From NCBI RefSeq assembly GCF_000017845.1, contig NC_010539.1:1-32000 (forward strand): 32,000 nt of DNA, read 5' to 3'. The stretch comes from Crocosphaera subtropica ATCC 51142. GTDB taxonomy: Bacteria; Cyanobacteriota; Cyanobacteriia; Cyanobacteriales; Microcystaceae. The notes under the pieces were generated by a model. It was not told the origin of the DNA. It saw only the letters and a list, made by a program, of their open reading frames with translations, and made no database searches. The translations under genes were made by a program, and so were the position numbers. Shown in pieces: positions 25,004 to 30,934 of this stretch (the stretch's first letter is position 1; each line of letters opens with the position of its first letter).

Positions 25004-26728
25004 TTAAGATGTATCTTTCCTTTGTGACCAAATTAGTAAAGCTAGTTCTTCTAATTCAGCTATTTTTAATGAATCAGTTACACAAAATAAATCAATATTT
25101 CCACCAACTTCTTGCTGAAGTTTAGATTTTAGAGTCTTTAAGACTGATTTTCCATAACGATATCTCTCACAATCTTGGTCATACATTTGATAACAGTTTG
25201 AAGCTATTTGTCCATTATTGATTCTTCCGTTACCTTTTTGACGAGATTGTTGTAATTCTATGTCTGTCCGACTATTTATAAACTTTTCTTTCGATTTTTC
25301 AGATTTTTCAGCAGTGGAATTACTGATAAGCTCTTGTATCCTATCTGTTGTTAATTGTGGATATAAAGATTGGATATGTCCAAGATTAATAAAATGAGAT
25401 TCTGCATCTGTTCCAGTTGTTAAAAAGCACAATATATTTGCTCGTTCAATTTTTTCTCTAAAATCGTTTGCTTCATCATCCGTTAAATAATCTCTATCTC
25501 TATGTAATAATATTTTAGTTTGAGAACTATGTTTTCGGATAAAAGCAGCTAAAACTAATGCTGTTTCAACTTTAGTACATCCTTTATATGACCAAATATC
25601 AACTTCATCCATTCTAAACCCTGATGCTTCTAGCAATGTTTCAATAGGTTTAGTGTCTTCATCTTCAGTTAATAAAACACATTTAATATTTTCAGTATTT
25701 AATAATAATTCATCTTTATCTAAAGCTCCAATATCTAGTAAAAGTTGAACAGTATCAAAATCTTTTTCATTTATAATTGTTCCATTCTTTAACCAATATA
25801 TTTTTGTCTTTTCTCGTAACGCATCAAGGAGATGTCTTGAATGAGTAGTTACTATAATTTGTAAATCGCGTTCTTCAGTCAATTTGATTAGCATTTTAGC
25901 TAATTTTCGTTGGTTATTTGGATGTAAATGCGAATCGGGTTCATCTAAAAGTAATATTTGAGGTTTATAAATATTAATATAAGATATAATTTGTATCGCT
26001 TGTAAAACCCCTGTACCAGCTAAATCTATTGGTAAACTATTTTCATCATTGGCTTGAATTTGACAATTAATATAATCATCACGTTCTGGATTAAACTCAA
26101 CAATAACTTTTAAGTCAGGAAATAAATAATTAAAGTCTGATATAAATTGTTTCCATTGTTCTGATTCATTGTGAAGAAGGTAAAGAACATTTCGGAATAC
26201 TTTATTGGCATCTCCTCTAGCAGCTGCCTTTCTAACAATCCCTGGAGTTTTACATTCTTCTACGTCAGGAATACCAGCTAGTCCAGGGACATAAATACTA
26301 TATGGTGTTTCTATGATTTGTAGTCTTTCTCCTAATTCTTTTCCTTCTACTGTAATCGATAAATTTCTATTTCTCCCTTTTCTCACTGTAACAAGAACAT
26401 TTTGTTTTTCTTGATTTTCTTCAAAAGAAATGATAATTGCTTGATCTTTATTTTCAACCAGTTTACCTCCATAGGCCAACGCATAAACATCTCTAAGAGG
26501 CGCATAGATTAGCTGCTGAGGGGATAATGAAGTTGATAATTTTTCATCCTTCCAATTTACATTACTCTGAAGACTAGCTGTTTGACCAACAGATACAGCA
26601 AATTGTATAGCTTGTAGAATGCTACTTTTTCCAGAATTATTTGAACCTACCAAAATATTAACTCTATCAAGGTCTAAAGTTAAATTTTCTAAATTCTTGA
26701 ATCTTTGTATAGTTATTTTGCCAAGCAT
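25004..26728 (-). CDS. OLD-family-like ABC ATPase + Toprim/DUF4435-like nuclease fusion (GajA-like or fused PARIS AriA-AriB-like architecture)
   Basis: The N-terminal half carries Walker A 'VGSNNSGKSS', a signature-like 'LAGTGVLQAIQ', Walker B/D-loop 'ILLLDEPDSHLHP', and H-loop 'IVTTHS'. The C-terminal half carries 'CVLLTEDEDTKP' (Toprim Glu), 'ILLHRDRDYL' (DxD), and 'GTDAESHF'. Confidence 0.7.
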   Translation of the reverse strand: MLGKITIQRFKNLENLTLDLDRVNILVGSNNSGKSSILQAIQFAVSVGQTASLQSNVNWKDEKLSTSLSPQQLIYAPLRDVYALAYGGKLVENKDQAIIISFEENQEKQNVLVTVRKGRNRNLSITVEGKELGERLQIIETPYSIYVPGLAGIPDVEECKTPGIVRKAAARGDANKVFRNVLYLLHNESEQWKQFISDFNYLFPDLKVIVEFNPERDDYINCQIQANDENSLPIDLAGTGVLQAIQIISYINIYKPQILLLDEPDSHLHPNNQRKLAKMLIKLTEERDLQIIVTTHSRHLLDALREKTKIYWLKNGTIINEKDFDTVQLLLDIGALDKDELLLNTENIKCVLLTEDEDTKPIETLLEASGFRMDEVDIWSYKGCTKVETALVLAAFIRKHSSQTKILLHRDRDYLTDDEANDFREKIERANILCFLTTGTDAESHFINLGHIQSLYPQLTTDRIQELISNSTAEKSEKSKEKFINSRTDIELQQSRQKGNGRINNGQIASNCYQMYDQDCERYRYGKSVLKTLKSKLQQEVGGNIDLFCVTDSLKIAELEELALLIWSQRKDTS

Positions 26729-26758
26729 AAAATTTCATGAGATCAATAATAACAGTGA

Positions 26759-27559
26759 TTACAAATGACACACTAAACAAGGCAAATCATCATCCTCCTC
26801 ATCTAAAACCACCTCTAACGCTTCGGATAAAGGTCGATTAGGGGCTGCTTTTTTCTCACGGGCGATCGCCTTCTCATGATTAGCGATAATCTCCTCTTTG
26901 CGTTCCAAAAGTTCTAGTAACGTTTCTCCTTCCGTCCAGGTGTAAGTTCTGCCATCCCTGTGATTAGATTCATATTCCACCGCCTTCGCAAACAAATCAG
27001 GATGTTCTTGGGCTAACATCACCCATTCATATTTGCGTTGGAAGAAACAAAAGAAACAGCCCGAACGACTTCGCCAGCGATAATAATCTGGCAAACCAAT
27101 CCCACTATCCTCTAATAAACGGATAATATCGGCTTTTACTAATCCTCGTTCCTTAAACGGAAAAACAGGCTTAATATTGGGCTTAGTAGAGATGTAACCC
27201 TCTCGATTTTCATCCGCACGAATGCCAATATAGCTAATAGCCTCATCCTCACCCACAAACTCCTCTAACGGCTTAATCTTCATTTTTACCGTACACCAGC
27301 GCATTTTTGGAGAAGGTAATAGACCATCGTGCATCGTTAACCAGTGGTCAAACCCTCGGTTTTCACTGAGATAATGGATTGTGATACCTAGACGGGCTTT
27401 AATGCGGTCAAGATACTCATAGGTTTCAGGGAGTTCTTTGTGAGTGTCACAGAAGAAATACTCCATATCTGGGATTTCCTTGTGCAGTAGTACCGCCAAA
27501 GCTGTGCTATCCTTGCCTCCTGAGAGTCCCAGTATGTGCCTTATTTTCTTTTGTGCCAT
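26759..27559 (-). CDS. Short (266 aa) PAPS reductase / PP-loop ATP-pyrophosphatase family protein (DndC/SspD-related catalytic core)
   Basis: PP-loop 'LGLSGGKDSTALAVLL' (S13-S18) and 'MRWCTVKMKIKPLEEF' (a PF01507-type block). Cys clusters 'SGCFFCFFQ' and the C-terminal 'PCLVCHL'. Contains one HIP1 site (26862-26869). Confidence 0.85.
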   Translation of the reverse strand: MAQKKIRHILGLSGGKDSTALAVLLHKEIPDMEYFFCDTHKELPETYEYLDRIKARLGITIHYLSENRGFDHWLTMHDGLLPSPKMRWCTVKMKIKPLEEFVGEDEAISYIGIRADENREGYISTKPNIKPVFPFKERGLVKADIIRLLEDSGIGLPDYYRWRSRSGCFFCFFQRKYEWVMLAQEHPDLFAKAVEYESNHRDGRTYTWTEGETLLELLERKEEIIANHEKAIAREKKAAPNRPLSEALEVVLDEEDDDLPCLVCHL

Positions 27560-27585
27560 TACGTCCTAAATTCTCCTGGGCTATG

Positions 27586-27614
27586 ATTTTAGCGTTCCCA
27601 ATAATCTGATCCAA
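27586..27614 (-). promoter_or_regulatory. Candidate sigma70-type promoter for the PAPS-reductase-led cluster
   Basis: On the minus strand: TTGGAT (27614-27609), a 17-nt spacer, then TAAAAT (27591-27586). This sits about 27 nt upstream of the ATG at 27559. AGGAG lies 11 nt upstream of that ATG. Weak evidence in AT-rich DNA. Confidence 0.25.
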
Positions 27615-27672
27615 GTAACATCTTTACCGAAAAATTAGTTGAAATGAAAGTATTTAGTAAAAACTTTTACAT

Positions 27673-28257
27673 TCAAGAGGGGATAGAAAGAACATTACAA
27701 ATTTCTCGTCCTTGGATAGTTGTTGTTTTGAGGGGAGAAAACCCATTTTCTTCCCACTGATATGGAGTAATGTCAATTACGTTAGAACCAACTAGGAAAT
27801 TTCCACAATTTATTTTTCCTGTATTAGCTCGATTAGATGTATAGAGAACAAAGCCACTTCCATAAGGTCTTATTTCAATAAAGTTCATCGTTGAAAAAAT
27901 GGGTTTAATTTTTCTTGATTGACTTTCAAAAATGTAGGCATGGGTTGAAATCCCACTTCCACCTCCACTTGACAGTAAAACTACTAAAGCATCTTCTTTG
28001 GAATCATCATTAAAGTCTCTGTACTGAACTTTATCTAATGAAACATAACCCCAATCATCATCTTGATACTGACCTTGTTTGAGGGTTATATTTCCAGAAG
28101 GTCCCATTCCTCCTTCTCTTATTTGGTAAGTAAAATTATTAAAATCTATTTGCCTAATTATTTCTTCGGCATAGCTAGGTGGTACAAGTAAAAATCCTAG
28201 GGAAAAAGAGGTTATTAATCCAGTTAACAATTGATTGTTTTTCATAACTTTGCCCAT
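27673..28257 (-). CDS. Secreted hypothetical protein (signal peptide)
   Basis: N-terminal 'LLTGLITSFSLGFLLVPPSYA/EE' is signal-peptide-like. The mature part begins 'IDFNNFTY' and contains 'FNDDSKEDALVVLLSSGGGSG'. Confidence 0.55.
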   Translation of the reverse strand: MGKVMKNNQLLTGLITSFSLGFLLVPPSYAEEIIRQIDFNNFTYQIREGGMGPSGNITLKQGQYQDDDWGYVSLDKVQYRDFNDDSKEDALVVLLSSGGGSGISTHAYIFESQSRKIKPIFSTMNFIEIRPYGSGFVLYTSNRANTGKINCGNFLVGSNVIDITPYQWEENGFSPLKTTTIQGREICNVLSIPS

Positions 28258-28319
28258 TAATAATTAAGTTTGACTTTGCAACGAAATGCTATTAAGACTA
28301 AAAGTAAAAAGCTTAGCCC

Positions 28320-28889
28320 TTATTGATTTAATAATGTGATTCTACTCAAGAAATTAGTTAAGTCTTGTAGTTCAACTTCACAGTCACATCTAATTGAGAC
28401 TTCTAGTAGTTTTGATTTATCTGGAATGGTTCCTAAAAAAGTCATACTATAACCACTCTCAGAAACTATAATATAGCCAGGATTTCTACTATTTTTATAA
28501 AAAAAATATGTTTTCAAGTCACCATGATAAATATCTAAAATTAGTTCCTTTAAACCTTCTGACTGGTTATTTTCAATTAATCTAATACTTTCGGAATAAC
28601 GACCTGTATGATATTGGGCTATACCACCATTGGCTATACATTCAAGAAATTGGTAATCATTAGGATGAAGAATTTCTACAGAACGGTCTTGTTTCAGCAT
28701 AACTCTATAGTTTTCAGGAATATCAACACTTATTCCAAAACCTTCAAGGTTTAGTCTTCTATAAGTAGGAGAAGGAGATTCATAATTGCCATCAATTTCA
28801 CATAGCACCTCAGCAAAACTTGGTTGAGATAAAAAAGAGACGAATAAGCTAATAGAAGAAAATAAGGTAATAATTGATAAAAATTTCAT
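28320..28889 (-). CDS. Secreted hypothetical protein, paralog of the 28942-29562 gene
   Basis: Signal peptide 'MKFLSIITLFSSISLFVSFLSQPSFA/EV'. Shares the block 'LNLEGFGISVDIPENYRVM' with 'IVLEDFGIKISNIPTNYRAM' in the next gene. Confidence 0.55.
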   Translation of the reverse strand: MKFLSIITLFSSISLFVSFLSQPSFAEVLCEIDGNYESPSPTYRRLNLEGFGISVDIPENYRVMLKQDRSVEILHPNDYQFLECIANGGIAQYHTGRYSESIRLIENNQSEGLKELILDIYHGDLKTYFFYKNSRNPGYIIVSESGYSMTFLGTIPDKSKLLEVSIRCDCEVELQDLTNFLSRITLLNQ

Positions 28890-28941
28890 AATAGCCTTAC
28901 ATTGATGATTTTAAAAATAGGAACACTAAAAAATTAGAAGG

Positions 28942-29562
28942 TTATAGAGTTTTAGAGAGTAAAGTTACATTAGGTAACATACATTTCAAGACTTGTAACC
29001 CTGGCTCTCCTGGATATATATGTATTCCTAATACTTGCTTTCCTGGTATATCTATATAGTAAGCAGCACCATCACCTAGTTCAATTAAGTATCCAGATCG
29101 TAAGTTTCCCAATGAATCTAATATTTTATGCTCTTTCATATAGCCAAGAGAATCTCTATTTTGATGAGCATGATTTAAAATTTCTTCTAAAGATGTTTGT
29201 TCAAAGAATATATAGATGTTAGGATAATCTCCTAGATAATCTGCACGGGAATCATTCGGTTTCTGAAGAACCTCGAATACATCTTGTCTGATAATATCAA
29301 CTCTCTTTAATCCATTGAGACCACTCATTGCTCTATAGTTGGTTGGAATATTGCTAATTTTAATGCCAAAATCTTCCAAAACGATAGTACGGTTAGTTGT
29401 AGCTGCTGGTGTCCCATAAAAGTTGGACAAATTACATTTATCTTTTCCATTTATCTTGACACTGTTAGGAAGAAATTGAGCAGAGGTTTGCTCAAAATAA
29501 CCTAATGTAGTAGACAAAAAGGTTAATATAAACACTAGAAAATACAAATTGCACCGTTTCAT
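28942..29562 (-). CDS. Secreted hypothetical protein, paralog of the 28320-28889 gene
   Basis: Signal peptide 'MKRCNLYFLVFILTFLSTTLGYFEQTSA/QF'. Shares a conserved block and a similar overall layout with the neighbouring gene. Confidence 0.55.
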   Translation of the reverse strand: MKRCNLYFLVFILTFLSTTLGYFEQTSAQFLPNSVKINGKDKCNLSNFYGTPAATTNRTIVLEDFGIKISNIPTNYRAMSGLNGLKRVDIIRQDVFEVLQKPNDSRADYLGDYPNIYIFFEQTSLEEILNHAHQNRDSLGYMKEHKILDSLGNLRSGYLIELGDGAAYYIDIPGKQVLGIHIYPGEPGLQVLKCMLPNVTLLSKTL

Positions 29563-29584
29563 AACTTGTCCTTACCCTCATTAA

Positions 29585-30112
29585 TTAGTCTGGAAAATAA
29601 TTTTTAAGTGGATCGTAGTCAAAAGGAAGCTTATTCCAGTTCCAATAAAAGTCCCAATCACCTGGAAATTGTTCATCTTTGTAATGAATTCGACTAAAAC
29701 CATCTCGACGCATCGTCCAATCAGACCAAGTTGGCCCAGAAAACGAAACGAGGGCTACTTGTGGACAAAAGGGTGCAAGACGTTGAGCTATTTGTAGCAT
29801 CACCCTTTCTCTTTCTCCAGAACCAAACTCTCCTGAAAGGGCAGAAAAACCAATTGAATAGTTACCCTTATAATCTCTAGCGACATCTACAGAGGTTTTC
29901 TCGAAATGTTCACGAGTCGGTTGATATCGTCTTATTTGATTAAAGACTTCAGATGTAATGGTACGACATTCATCGGAAAGCACTTCTATTGATAAATTTC
30001 TTTGAGCTAAAGAAGGAGACACATCAATGATAATTGGCAGGGTTATCAAAGCGGTACTTAGAAACTGTTTGAATGACAAAAATAGAAATTTATGTCTAAA
30101 GAAATTCTTCAT
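29585..30112 (-). CDS. Secreted or membrane-anchored hypothetical protein
   Basis: Hydrophobic N-terminus 'FLSTALITLPIIIDVSPSLA/QRN'. Trp/Asp-rich C-terminus (WSDWTMRRDGF...PGDWDFYWNWNKLPFDYDP). Confidence 0.5.
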   Translation of the reverse strand: MKNFFRHKFLFLSFKQFLSTALITLPIIIDVSPSLAQRNLSIEVLSDECRTITSEVFNQIRRYQPTREHFEKTSVDVARDYKGNYSIGFSALSGEFGSGERERVMLQIAQRLAPFCPQVALVSFSGPTWSDWTMRRDGFSRIHYKDEQFPGDWDFYWNWNKLPFDYDPLKNYFPD

Positions 30113-30123
30113 TTTTTAAATTC

Positions 30124-30831
30124 TTAAAGGTGGGTATCTATAACGATTTTGTGTCCGTAATCAACTCTAACTGTTAATTTCACTTGGGTTTTTGAATTCC
30201 AAAAATCAATATAACAACCAGACCATCCATTTCCACAAGTTAAACAGGGGGCATTACTCTCACAGATGTTTTGATTGCTTGCTGAAACAGCTGTTTCCTC
30301 TTGCGTGACTATCCTAAAACCATTGGTATATAAAAGTTGTTTAGCTTGTGATAAATTCATTCCTGCCTTCAGGTAATTAGGATGTAAGTTATTGCAAAGA
30401 TACCTATTAAGAAGCGTGCTATGGTAAGGATTCAAAACATAATAATCAAACTGGTCAGGTGGTACATTTAGCTCATTAACAAATTCTCCTTCGTAATAAG
30501 TTTTAAAAGCCTTTGCCTGAATAACTTTAACTTGTTTATTAGTAAAATTTTTGGACTGACAACTATCTATTCTTTTTCCTTTGACAGCTAAAGATTGTTG
30601 TTTTTTGTCTGAATCATAGAAAAAGTAAGCAAACTCCGAAGTAACAGAATTGTCAGTTTTTTGAAGACTATTTTTGTTGATTTCTATCCTCACATTAGGA
30701 TGACCAACACTAATCCATTGAGACCCTAAATAACTATTCGTTTGAGCCGATAGCTCCATAGCACTAGAGCTAGACAGGACAGCAGCAATTGTTAACGACA
30801 GAAAAGAGCGCATTGGGTAATTTCTCTCCAT
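30124..30831 (-). CDS. Secreted Cys-containing hypothetical protein
   Basis: Signal-like 'MRSFLSLTIAAVLSSSSAMELSA/QTN' (the start is probably at Met7). Contains a C-terminal Cys cluster 'ICESNAPCLTCGNGWSGC'. Lies 11 nt upstream of the next gene. Confidence 0.5.
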   Translation of the reverse strand: MERNYPMRSFLSLTIAAVLSSSSAMELSAQTNSYLGSQWISVGHPNVRIEINKNSLQKTDNSVTSEFAYFFYDSDKKQQSLAVKGKRIDSCQSKNFTNKQVKVIQAKAFKTYYEGEFVNELNVPPDQFDYYVLNPYHSTLLNRYLCNNLHPNYLKAGMNLSQAKQLLYTNGFRIVTQEETAVSASNQNICESNAPCLTCGNGWSGCYIDFWNSKTQVKLTVRVDYGHKIVIDTHL

Positions 30832-30934
30832 TGAGATGAGACTCAGGAAAAAGAGTGAATAGTTTCACTCAGTTATAAAGTTCCCAAAACAACACTAGAA
30901 CTCTTCAAAATCTAGTCCAATTCACTTAAATCGT

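Noticed and set aside
25004-26728. Gabija system, since the protein has a GajA-like ATPase-Toprim architecture.
   Set aside because: No adjacent GajB-like UvrD/SF1A helicase is present. The only SF1 helicase in the window is 11 kb away, on the other strand, and is Dda/RecD-like.
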